DNA from: Gemmatimonadales bacterium
GTDB taxonomy: Bacteria; Gemmatimonadota; Gemmatimonadetes; Gemmatimonadales; GWC2-71-9
Assembly (NCBI GenBank): GCA_035765075.1
Contig: DASTYH010000036.1
Span: 1-43,582 of the forward strand
Length of the DNA: 43,582 nucleotides
Direction: 5' to 3'
The notes below the pieces were generated by a model. It was given only the letters and a program-made list of their open reading frames with translations, had not been told where the DNA came from and did no database searches. Position numbers and translations under genes: made by a program. Shown here one piece after another: positions 6,806-15,183 of this stretch; the stretch's first letter is position 1; every line of letters starts with the position of its first letter.

Positions 6806-8755
6806 TTAGCGGACGCTGCCTGCATCGAGGAGCGCTTCGGACGCCGCGCGTTCCACCGCGCGGACGAAGCCGGCGACGTGCTCGGCCCCCGAGGTGGTTG
6901 CGAGGAAGGGATCCATTACCGTCGAGCGCAGGACGACGAGCCCTTCGTCCGCGCTGGCGCGCCACGTCTCCACCGACCCGATGCCGAGGGCGTCGATGAT
7001 CGGCGCGATGGCGCCGTCGTACATCGGAGTCTGGAAGCGGGTCCTCGTGATGATGTACTCCGGCGCGGGCCCGCCATGGCCCAGGCTCATGCGCCGATAG
7101 ATCCCTTCATTCAGGTCGTTCAGCTCGGCGAGCGTGGTCAGAGCCGGGTGCCGGACGATGAAGCAGACGATGTTGATGTCGGGTTCCGGGAGCATCAGGA
7201 CGGAGAACTGCCCCGCCATCCGGCCGAGCGCATCGTGCAGCATGCGGGCGCCGACCGCGGTGCGCTCGACGAGGTAGCCGTACCCGCGGGCGTCGAGCGG
7301 GAGGACCTTGTGGCTCAGCCATACGGCGGCAGCGGCGGCGCCCGGCTTGGATCCCTCGAAGATCGACCGGCCGAGGAAGAGTTCGTCGGCGAGCCCGCTG
7401 GCTCCCTCCGGAGGGACGAGGTAGGGCGGATCCACCGAGACGAGCTCGCGCCCCCGGCGATCGCGCAGGAGGAAGGCCCCCGCGGGATAGGGGATGTAGC
7501 CCAGCTTGTGCGGATCGATGGTGACGGAATCGGTTCGCGCCAGCGCCTCGATCGACCGGACCAGGTGGTCCTCCGGCCACGGCGTCCCGGTGGCGCGCCG
7601 GATCTCCGCGGCGCTCCGCCGGGTGCCGGTCCCCTTCCAGAGAACCGACGCGGCATATCCGCCATAGCACGCGTCGGAGTGGAGATGAAAGGCGATTCCG
7701 AGCTCCTTCCGCGCCCGCTCCCGCACCGCCGCCACGAGATCGAGCCGATCCACGGCGCTCTCCTCCGTGCTCCCGCACACGCTCACGCATGCGAGCACCG
7801 GCACCCGACGCCCGGTGAGCGACCGGAGCTGCTCCCAGAGCGCATCGGGGTCGAGCCGGAAGTGCGAGTCCACCGGCACGAAGACGAGGCGGCTCGAGCC
7901 GATGCCGAGCGCGCGGGTGATCTTCTCCCAGGAATAGTGCCCCGTCGACGCCACGAGCACGACGGCAGCCGGGAGCGGGTCGCCGTACTGCTCGGCGAGC
8001 CGGAGCGTGCAATCCTGGTATCCGAGCGTGGCAAGCGAGTGATGGTCGAAGGCGCGATGCACGTCCGCGCGCGGGGCCGAAGCCCAGAGCGCGTCCCAGA
8101 GGTCGAGCGCGGCGCCGTTGTCGATGTTGAGGAGCTGCGGGAGCGTGAGTGAGGCGAGCGGCACTCGATCGCCGGTGGGCAGCACCACATCGAGACCGAC
8201 ACCGAGTTCCCGGGCGGCACCGGCGCATGCCACCGAGAGATAGTGGAGATTCCGGGCGATCCAGAGCGCCTCGAAATTGGCGACGGTGCCGCCCGAGGTG
8301 AGGTGTCCCCACGACGACGCGGGATCGTATCCGATCATCGCGGCGAGCTGGGCCGCCACCTCGAGCTCCATCCGCGTGGTGACCGGTGCCGCCTCAGCCG
8401 CGATGTTGTTCGGATTGTACAGCATCGCCGCGAAGTAGCCGACCTGGGAAGCGATGGTCTGCTGGAAGATCATGTGGCCCTTGTAGCGGCCACTGAAGAA
8501 GGGGATATCACGCTTGAGCGCCGCGAGGAGCCCCATCAGCTCCTGGGTCAGCGTCGCCACGGCGTCCTCGTATCCCTCTCGCCGCTTGTCCGTCTCCCGC
8601 GTGACGAACGCATCCTCGGGGTGGTAGTTCCGCCGCCAGAAGACGTGGTCCCGAAGCGCCTCCGTGACCAGGCGCTCGAGGAGATCGGCGTTCTCGGCCC
8701 GGGGACCGAGGAACCAGGAATGCAGGGCTTCGTCGGGGCGGGAGGAGGAAGGCAT
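6806..8755 (-). CDS. group II pyridoxal-phosphate-dependent amino-acid decarboxylase (long form, about 650 aa)
   Basis: Track ORF 6806..8983 trimmed to ATG 8755 (MPSSSRPDEALHSWFLGP). Motifs HLTSGGTVANFEALWIARN and HLHSDACYGGYA, plus the PLP-lysine motif TIDPHKLGY. Confidence 0.88.
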   Translation of the reverse strand: MPSSSRPDEALHSWFLGPRAENADLLERLVTEALRDHVFWRRNYHPEDAFVTRETDKRREGYEDAVATLTQELMGLLAALKRDIPFFSGRYKGHMIFQQTIASQVGYFAAMLYNPNNIAAEAAPVTTRMELEVAAQLAAMIGYDPASSWGHLTSGGTVANFEALWIARNLHYLSVACAGAARELGVGLDVVLPTGDRVPLASLTLPQLLNIDNGAALDLWDALWASAPRADVHRAFDHHSLATLGYQDCTLRLAEQYGDPLPAAVVLVASTGHYSWEKITRALGIGSSRLVFVPVDSHFRLDPDALWEQLRSLTGRRVPVLACVSVCGSTEESAVDRLDLVAAVRERARKELGIAFHLHSDACYGGYAASVLWKGTGTRRSAAEIRRATGTPWPEDHLVRSIEALARTDSVTIDPHKLGYIPYPAGAFLLRDRRGRELVSVDPPYLVPPEGASGLADELFLGRSIFEGSKPGAAAAAVWLSHKVLPLDARGYGYLVERTAVGARMLHDALGRMAGQFSVLMLPEPDINIVCFIVRHPALTTLAELNDLNEGIYRRMSLGHGGPAPEYIITRTRFQTPMYDGAIAPIIDALGIGSVETWRASADEGLVVLRSTVMDPFLATTSGAEHVAGFVRAVERAASEALLDAGSVR

Positions 8756-8823
8756 GGGCAGAAAAGTAGCAGGCAACGGCGGAGAGCTGACAGTCGGCAA
8801 CCGACGCCGGCGAAAAGCCGGGG

Positions 8824-8849
8824 CCAGCGACCCGCGACCCGCGACCAGC
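8824..8849. repeat. heptanucleotide repeat (CAGCGAC CCGCGAC CCGCGAC CAGC)
   Basis: ccagcgacccgcgacccgcgaccagc lies in the divergent intergenic region between the decarboxylase and the 8913 ORF. Same unit family as 31641-31703. Confidence 0.7.
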
Positions 8850-8912
8850 TTCCGCCATCCACCCGTGATCCGAAACACTGTTCTCCACGCCCGTCCCGCT
8901 GTACCCTCAGGC

Positions 8913-9515
8913 ATGGATTCTCCCTCCCGCGTCTTCCTCCTCTCGCCCGCGCACTGCGGCGGGAAGCGGGCGCAGCTGATCATGAACGAGGAGGCGACAT
9001 TCCCGCTGGCCCGGCGCCTCCGCTCCCCCGAAGGCGCTCCGCTGGGTGAGACGTTCGCCTTCCTGAGCGGCCTCTATTTCCGGGGCAAGCTCGCGTACGC
9101 GGAGCGGTTTGCCGGCGCGGAGGGGGCCGGCCCGCTCGTCATCACCGCCAATCGGGGGCTCGTCCCGGCCGGAACGAGGATCGGGCTGGAGGAACTTCGA
9201 GCCTTCGGCACGGTGGATATCCATCCGGGGGACGAGCGCTACCGGGGCCCCCTCGTCCGGGATGCCGCCACGATCGCCGCCCAGGCGGAATCGGTGGTCC
9301 TCCTGGGGAGCGTCGCCACCGGGAAGTACGTGGATGTGCTGCTCGAGACCTTCGGCGCGCGGCTCCTCTTCCCGAGCGCCTTCGTCGGCCGCGGCGACAT
9401 GAGCCGAGGCGCCCTCCTGCTCCGCGCGGCGCGCGCCGGACGCGAGCTCGACTACCAGCCCGTCGTCGGGGCCACACGGCGCGGTCCGCGGCCCGCCCGG
9501 ATCGGAAGCGACTGA
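8913..9515 (+). CDS. conserved-looking hypothetical protein, translationally coupled to the LigD polymerase gene
   Basis: Track ORF 8664..9515 trimmed to ATG 8913 (MDSPSRVFLLSPAHCGGKRAQLI...). Globular, non-shadow composition. Its TGA (9513-9515) overlaps the ATG (9515-9517) of the next gene. Confidence 0.65.
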   Translation: MDSPSRVFLLSPAHCGGKRAQLIMNEEATFPLARRLRSPEGAPLGETFAFLSGLYFRGKLAYAERFAGAEGAGPLVITANRGLVPAGTRIGLEELRAFGTVDIHPGDERYRGPLVRDAATIAAQAESVVLLGSVATGKYVDVLLETFGARLLFPSAFVGRGDMSRGALLLRAARAGRELDYQPVVGATRRGPRPARIGSD

Positions 9516-10501
9516 TGCCCGTCAAGAAGCGCCCGGTCAAGCTGCAGGCGGCGCCGGCCCGGAAGCCGCTCCGCGTCGAATCGGTCGAGATCCCCCGCGG
9601 GGTCAACGACGCCACCATCCGGATCGGCTCGAAGGAGCTCGCGCTCTCCAATCTCGACAAGGTCTTCTGGCCGGACGACGGCTATACCAAGCGGGACCTC
9701 CTCCAGTACTACGCCGATGTGGCGGCGTTCATCCTCCCGCACCTCCGCGACCGCGCGATCACGATGAAGCGCTACCCGAACGGGATCACCGGGAAGTTCT
9801 TCTTCATGAAGCGCGCGCCCGAGCATCGGCCGGCGTGGGTCGAGACCTGCTCGATCATGCATCGCTCGAAGAGCCTCATCGCCTTTCCCCTCGCCCAGGA
9901 CGTCGCCTCGCTTCTCTGGCTGGTGAATCTCGGCTGCATCGATCTCAATCAGTGGTATGCCACCTGCGACGATCCCGACCGCCCCGACTACGTTCACTTC
10001 GACCTCGATCCCGGCGATGGGGCGGGGTTCGACAAGGTGCTCGAGACTTCGCTCATCGTGAAGGCGGCGCTCGAGGAGTTCGGAATGCGCCCCCTGGCCA
10101 AGACGAGCGGCTCGAGCGGCATTCACATCTACGTCCCGATCGTGCGCGGCCCGCTGCAGAAGGCGGTGTGGAGCTTCGCCAAGCCGCTGGCCAAGCGGCT
10201 CGCGCGGAAGCACCCGGCGCTCATCACGGCGGAGTACCGCATTGCGGATCGCCGGCATGGCCGGGTCCTGGTGGACTACAACCAGAACGCCTGGGGACGG
10301 ACGCTCGCCTCGGTCTACTCGGTGCGGCCGAAACCGCGGGCCCCGGTCTCGACCCCCGTCACCTGGGAGGAGATCGAGCGCGGATTCGAGATCACCGATT
10401 TCCGGATGGAGACGGTGCCGGCTCGCGTGCGGAAGCTCGGCGATCTCTGGAAGCCGCTCCTCGAGGCCCGCGGCCGCTTTCCCCTCGCCTCGCTCCTGTG
10501 A
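9515..10501 (+). CDS. ligD: NHEJ DNA polymerase/primase (LigD POL domain, stand-alone)
   Basis: Archaeo-eukaryotic primase motifs YVHFDLDPGD (DxD) and KTSGSSGIHIYVP, plus VLVDYNQN. 328 aa. Confidence 0.92.
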   Translation: MPVKKRPVKLQAAPARKPLRVESVEIPRGVNDATIRIGSKELALSNLDKVFWPDDGYTKRDLLQYYADVAAFILPHLRDRAITMKRYPNGITGKFFFMKRAPEHRPAWVETCSIMHRSKSLIAFPLAQDVASLLWLVNLGCIDLNQWYATCDDPDRPDYVHFDLDPGDGAGFDKVLETSLIVKAALEEFGMRPLAKTSGSSGIHIYVPIVRGPLQKAVWSFAKPLAKRLARKHPALITAEYRIADRRHGRVLVDYNQNAWGRTLASVYSVRPKPRAPVSTPVTWEEIERGFEITDFRMETVPARVRKLGDLWKPLLEARGRFPLASLL

Positions 10502-11502
10502 GTCTCCCGGTCCGGTTCCCGTATCCGCCGATGGAGGCGACGTCGGTGGCCGAGCTCCCGCGCGGGAGGGAGTGGCAGTTCGAGCCCAAGTGGGACGGCT
10601 TCCGCTGCCTCATCTTCCGCGATGGCGACCGGGTGCGCGTGCAATCGAAGGCCGGAAAGCCGCTCGAGCGCTACTTCCCCGACGTCGTCGAGTCGGCGCT
10701 CGCCCTCGGCGCCCGCCAATTCGTCCTCGACGGCGAAATCGTGGTGCCGGTGGATGGTCGCCTCTCCTTCGACCAGCTGCTCCAGCGCATCCACCCCGCG
10801 AAGAGCCGGGTGGAGTCCCTCGCTGGGGATTTCCCCGCGGAGGTCCGCGCCTTCGACCTGCTGGTGGACGAGCGCGGCACCTCGCTCGTGGAAAAGCCGC
10901 TCGTCGAACGGCGCCGCCGGCTCGAGGCGTTCGCCGCCCGGTACTTTCCGAAGCGGGGACGGGTCTCGCTCTCGCGCGTGACGACGAGCCGTGCCACCGC
11001 CCTCCGATGGCTCACCGGCGGAGGCAAGGGCGACCTCGACGGGGTCGTCGCCAAGCGAATCGATCTCGCCTATCGCTCGGGTGAACGGGACGGGATGGTG
11101 AAGGTGAAGCGGATGCGCACCGCGGACTGCGTCGTGGGTGGTTTCCGGTACGCGTCACGCGGGAAGGTGATCGGGTCCCTTCTGCTCGGCCTCTACGACG
11201 ATGCCGGACTCCTGCATCACGTCGGCTTCTGCTCGAGTCTCGCGGAATCGGAGCGCCGTGCGCTCACCCCACGCCTCGAGAAGCTGATTGGGCCGCCCGG
11301 ATTCACCGGGAAGGCGCCAGGGGGGCCGAGCCGCTGGAGCACCGACCGCTCGGAGAAATGGGAGTCGCTCCGACCCGAGCTCGTCGTGGAGGTGGGGTAT
11401 GACCACGTGAGCAATGGCCGTTTCCGCCATGGAACCCGGTTCCTGCGGTGGCGGCCTGACAAGGCGCCGAGGCAGTGCGGGATGGACCAGCTACTGAAGT
11501 AG
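10498..11502 (+). CDS. ligD: ATP-dependent DNA ligase (LigD ligase domain, stand-alone)
   Basis: In-frame part of track ORF 9835..11502. GTG 10498 overlaps the upstream TGA (GTGA); alt ATG at 10531. Adenylation motif I EPKWDGFR, then LDGEIVV and LDGVVAKR, plus an OB-fold tail RFLRWRPDK. Confidence 0.9.
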   Translation: MSLPVRFPYPPMEATSVAELPRGREWQFEPKWDGFRCLIFRDGDRVRVQSKAGKPLERYFPDVVESALALGARQFVLDGEIVVPVDGRLSFDQLLQRIHPAKSRVESLAGDFPAEVRAFDLLVDERGTSLVEKPLVERRRRLEAFAARYFPKRGRVSLSRVTTSRATALRWLTGGGKGDLDGVVAKRIDLAYRSGERDGMVKVKRMRTADCVVGGFRYASRGKVIGSLLLGLYDDAGLLHHVGFCSSLAESERRALTPRLEKLIGPPGFTGKAPGGPSRWSTDRSEKWESLRPELVVEVGYDHVSNGRFRHGTRFLRWRPDKAPRQCGMDQLLK

Positions 11503-11886
11503 CGCCTCGCGGATCGCGCTGGCGAGCGCGGTGGGAAGGAACGGCTTCCGGATGAACGGACGCTCCGGGAGGAGGCCGTGGCCGGCGAGGGTGCTCGTGG
11601 GATACGCCGACATGCAGAGCACCCGCTGCTCGGGGATCTCGTTCCCGAGCTGACGCGACAGCTCGAGACCGTCCATCACGGGCATCACCACATCGGTGAG
11701 CACCAGGTCGAATGGCCGCTGCCGCTGGCGGATGAGGCGAAGCGCCTCCCGCCCGTCCCCCGCCTCCACCGTTTCGAATCCGAGCCCCCGGATCATCCGG
11801 CAGGTCATCCGCCGGACGGTGAGCTCGTCCTCGACCACGAGGATGGTCGGCGGCGGAGGGGACGGCGTGGGAAGCGGCTCGGACAT
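11491..11886 (-). CDS. single-domain CheY-like response regulator receiver
   Basis: ILVVEDE, the phospho-acceptor context DLVLTDVVMPVMDG, and conserved Lys in FIRKPF. Confidence 0.9.
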   Translation of the reverse strand: MSEPLPTPSPPPPTILVVEDELTVRRMTCRMIRGLGFETVEAGDGREALRLIRQRQRPFDLVLTDVVMPVMDGLELSRQLGNEIPEQRVLCMSAYPTSTLAGHGLLPERPFIRKPFLPTALASAIREALLQ

Positions 11887-11888
11887 GG

Positions 11889-12440
11889 CTAGTGCTCCAT
11901 TCCTCCCGCCCGATGGTCGCTCCGCTGGAAGGCGAGGAAGGCGTGAATCGCCTTCAGCGCCTCCGGGTCCGAGGTGACGATCCGGACGGCACCCCCGCCG
12001 GGGAGCGGCTCGAACCGGTAGCGAATCGATGCCTTCCTCGCAGCCATCTCCTTCACGCCCGGAACCTCCTGATCGTGCACGAAGCCCGGCGTCGCAAAGT
12101 CCCCCGCGGCGAAGGCGTCGGCGATCTCACGGAGATGCGCGCGGATCGTGGCCACGCCCGCGGTGTCGGCGGGATCCCGCTGGAGCTCGATCCGGCCGCC
12201 ATCGGGAAGATCGTCGAAGCGATGAACAGACGTGTACTGGTCCACCCCCATGGCGATCTTCCCCCGGGCCTGAACGGCGGCGAAGGCGCTGTCCTTCTGC
12301 GCCGCGCTGTCGGGCGCGGCGTGGGCCGCGTGGCCCGCATGGGAGTCGTGTCCCTTCGTGGCGGCCTGGGCGGCGAGATCCAGCGGGAGGCTCAACAGCG
12401 CCGCGGCCGCGAGCGTCGTCCAGCGCATCGCTCGCCTCAC
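11889..12440 (-). CDS. secreted His-rich protein of unknown function
   Basis: Signal peptide MRWTTLAAAALLSLPLDLAAQA, then HDSHAGHAAHAA. GTG 12440 overlaps the upstream TGA (alt ATG 12428). Ends 2 nt before the receiver gene start. Confidence 0.7.
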   Translation of the reverse strand: MRRAMRWTTLAAAALLSLPLDLAAQAATKGHDSHAGHAAHAAPDSAAQKDSAFAAVQARGKIAMGVDQYTSVHRFDDLPDGGRIELQRDPADTAGVATIRAHLREIADAFAAGDFATPGFVHDQEVPGVKEMAARKASIRYRFEPLPGGGAVRIVTSDPEALKAIHAFLAFQRSDHRAGGMEH

Positions 12441-12943
12441 CGGATCGTCACGTACCGCTCGAGCCGAGCCACCTCGGTCGAGTCCACGTACTTCCCGATC
12501 TCCCGCCGGAACTGCTCGATCGAGGAATAGGGACGATACTCCTCGAATTCGTGCCGCATCCGGGGGCCCACGCCCGGGATCAGCTCGATCTCGGCCGCGC
12601 TCGCGCTGTTCAGGTCGAGGGGCTTCCAGACCTTCGTGTAGACCGAATCGCGCGCTCCGGCACCGAGGGAGCGGGCCAGGACCGCATCCACGGCCGCCAT
12701 GTCGGCATACGGCCGGCCGGCGACGATGGCGGAGGCGGTGGCACTGTCGAGCCCGGCCGCGACGAGCTCGGCGTGGGAGGCGGCATCGGGGTCGAGCATT
12801 CCCGAGGCGGTCGTGGCCGGCGCTGCGGGCTCCGGAGCGACGACGGTGGACGTCGTATCGGTGCCGGCGGTGGCCTGCTCATCCGCGCCCCCGCCGCAGG
12901 CGGCGAGGAGGAGGGCGAGGGTGGAGAGTGTGAGATGGCGCAT
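12437..12943 (-). CDS. lipoprotein with helix-hairpin-helix (ComEA-like) motifs
   Basis: Lipobox LALLLAAC. HhH signature LDLNSASAAEIELIPGVGPRM. Confidence 0.75.
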   Translation of the reverse strand: MRHLTLSTLALLLAACGGGADEQATAGTDTTSTVVAPEPAAPATTASGMLDPDAASHAELVAAGLDSATASAIVAGRPYADMAAVDAVLARSLGAGARDSVYTKVWKPLDLNSASAAEIELIPGVGPRMRHEFEEYRPYSSIEQFRREIGKYVDSTEVARLERYVTIR

Positions 12944-12989
12944 ATGGGTCCGGGGTCGAGGGTGTCGGTAGAGTGTCGCGAGTCAGGTG

Positions 12990-13544
12990 TCAGAGCCCGG
13001 ACCGTATCCGCTCCAGCTGCCGCCGGTGCACCAGATCGTGCCCCGCGTAGAGCTTCATCATTCGCTCGAGACTCTCCTCCCCCCGCTCGGAATGGAGGCC
13101 CACGCGGCGGAGGTCGGCCGGCGTGGCGCGGCCCAGCACTTCGAGGTTGGCCTCCCGGAGGTGGGTGAAGCGTCGGATCGCCCGCTCCGCCCCGGCGAGG
13201 ACGTCAGGGCCGCTGAGCGGGGGGTGGAGCCGGGTCACCCAGGCGTCCTGGTCGTACCCCGGAAGCGCCGGGCGATCCTGGGTGAGCACCATCCGGAACC
13301 GGAAGGAGCCGACGAGCTCCGAGTCATTGAGGTGATCGAGCACCTGCGCAATCGACCACTTCCCCGGCGCTTCCGGTCTGGCGAGCGCGTCGGCATCGAG
13401 CCCTGTGATTGCTTCGCCCAGCGCTCGGGGCATCTCGCGCATGACTGCCAGGGGATCGCGCTCGCCGAGGAGATCGAGCAGTGCCGCCGCGTAGGTCGCC
13501 GCGTCCTCCAGCGCGCTCGACGCCGGATTTCCGAAGAGTGACAT
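12990..13544 (-). CDS. DinB-family (DinB_2) metal-dependent protein
   Basis: Four-helix DinB pattern with His motifs (QVLDHLNDSE, YAGHDLVHRRQLE). Confidence 0.8.
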   Translation of the reverse strand: MSLFGNPASSALEDAATYAAALLDLLGERDPLAVMREMPRALGEAITGLDADALARPEAPGKWSIAQVLDHLNDSELVGSFRFRMVLTQDRPALPGYDQDAWVTRLHPPLSGPDVLAGAERAIRRFTHLREANLEVLGRATPADLRRVGLHSERGEESLERMMKLYAGHDLVHRRQLERIRSGL

Positions 13545-13604
13545 CGGGGAATCGCCCTTTCAGGAAGTCCTGGTATTCCCCGGGCTTCAGCACCGCCCGG
13601 GCCG

Positions 13605-14066
13605 TTATCGCATCACCTTATGATAGATGGTAAGCGGCTCGCCGGCGTAGTCGAGGTCCTCGTGCCGGCGCCACCCCAGCCGCTCGAAGAGGGTCCGGGC
13701 GGTGCTGGTTCCGGCATAGATCTCCGCCAGTCCGAGGGTCCGGGCGGCGCGCTCCGCTTCCCGGGCCAGGTGGGCGCCCACGCCCCGACCGCGGAGCCGG
13801 GGGACCACGTAGAAGGCGGCGAGCCACGGGCCCAGCGCGGGCCGGCTCCGGATCGAGTCCCACCGGAGCCCCACGGTCCCGACGACCTCCGGCCCCTCGA
13901 GCGCCACCAGCGTGAGTGGCAGGGCGTCCTGCCGGAGGCACTCCCGGAAGCGCTCGACGATCGCCTCCCGCCCCACCTCCCGGGCGTAGTCGGGCCACTC
14001 CTCAGCGAACGCCTCCGCGAGCATCGGGACCACCTCCGGGACATCCACCAGATTCCGGATTTCCAC
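13605..14066 (-). CDS. GNAT family N-acetyltransferase
   Basis: Acetyl-CoA motif VVPRLRGRGVGAHLAREAERAARTLG. 153 aa. GTG start. Confidence 0.85.
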   Translation of the reverse strand: MEIRNLVDVPEVVPMLAEAFAEEWPDYAREVGREAIVERFRECLRQDALPLTLVALEGPEVVGTVGLRWDSIRSRPALGPWLAAFYVVPRLRGRGVGAHLAREAERAARTLGLAEIYAGTSTARTLFERLGWRRHEDLDYAGEPLTIYHKVMR

Positions 14067-14175
14067 CTCTCGACCTCCGATCCACGGGCGCCGTGACGCG
14101 CACCGCAGGGGCGTGCGCCAGTCCCTGATAGCTTATGGTGATGTCGTCAGCGGGTCCCGGAGTCAAGGAGTCTCA

Positions 14176-15138
14176 GTGACCGATTCATTGCGCGATCTCT
14201 TCTTCGGGCGGCCACTGTTCGATGTGGTGGAGCCGAGGCGCACCTTTCAGGACGTGATCCTCCCGCCGGCCACGATGGACGCGATCCGCCAGGCGCTCGC
14301 GCTCATCCGGAAGCAGGGGCTCATCTTCGACCGCTGGGGCCTGGCGGAGCGGCACGGGGGCACGGCGGGGCTCGCCTTCCATTTTGCGGGCCCGCCCGGG
14401 ACCGGCAAGACGATCGCCGCCGAGGCGATCGCGGCCACGCTCGGCCGGCAGCTCCTGGTGGTTCGCTACGCCGAGCTCGAGTCGCGCTGGGTGGGGCAGA
14501 CCGCCAAGCACATCGCCGCCGTCTTCCGGGATGCCGCGCGCGCCGACGCGGTGCTCTTCTTCGACGAGGCCGATGCGGTCGCGAGCCGCCGGTTCACGTC
14601 CCTGCAGCACGGCTACGAGCGGGAGGCCAACGCCACGGTGAACGTCCTGCTGAGCGAGGTGGAGCGCTTCCCGGGGGTGGTGATCTTCGCCACGAACCTC
14701 GCCGCCAATCTCGATCCGGCGTTCGAGCGGCGGATCCGGACGCATATCCGCTTCGACCTGCCGGGCGTCGAGGAGCGCGAGCGGATCTGGAAGGCCCAGC
14801 TGCACGCCGACAAGACGCCGATCGCGGCCGACGTGAATTTCCGGGAGCTCGCCGAGCGCTTCCCCCGGAGTGGCGGGGACATCAAGAACGCCGTGCTCAA
14901 GGCGGCGCAGCTGGCCACGTTCGAGCCCGGTCCCGACGCCGGCAAGTCGATTCACCAGCGGCATTTCGTGGCGGGCATGGAAGACGTGATGGCGGCGCAG
15001 CGGGTGATGACCCAGTCACTCTTCGAGGCGGGCGAGGTGGCGGTGGCCCCCACCCCACGCGAACGGCAGCTCCTGCTCATTGCCATGGCGGCGCTGATCG
15101 TCGCGGTCGTGGCCCTGATCGTCGCGCTCGTGACCTAG
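14176..15138 (+). CDS. AAA+ ATPase (classic AAA clade) with C-terminal transmembrane tail anchor
   Basis: Track ORF 14113..15138 trimmed to GTG 14176, which follows an AAGGAG RBS (14165-14170). Walker A GPPGTGKT, Walker B VLFFDEAD, second region of homology ATNLAANLDPAFERR. The last 22 residues LLLIAMAALIVAVVALIVALVT are a hydrophobic helix. Confidence 0.88.
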   Translation: MTDSLRDLFFGRPLFDVVEPRRTFQDVILPPATMDAIRQALALIRKQGLIFDRWGLAERHGGTAGLAFHFAGPPGTGKTIAAEAIAATLGRQLLVVRYAELESRWVGQTAKHIAAVFRDAARADAVLFFDEADAVASRRFTSLQHGYEREANATVNVLLSEVERFPGVVIFATNLAANLDPAFERRIRTHIRFDLPGVEERERIWKAQLHADKTPIAADVNFRELAERFPRSGGDIKNAVLKAAQLATFEPGPDAGKSIHQRHFVAGMEDVMAAQRVMTQSLFEAGEVAVAPTPRERQLLLIAMAALIVAVVALIVALVT

Positions 15139-15183
15139 CCGAAGCCGGGATTGGCGGGCAGGCGGGTACGGCGCATCCCCCCT

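Noticed and set aside
5834-8152. 772-aa plus-strand ORF.
   Set aside because: It is antisense to murB and the PLP decarboxylase, both of which have unambiguous catalytic motifs. Its composition is shadow-ORF-like.
11491-11502. 12-nt convergent overlap of the ligase and response-regulator 3' ends.
   Set aside because: Short tail-to-tail overlaps are common in compact high-GC genomes. There is no evidence of regulatory significance.
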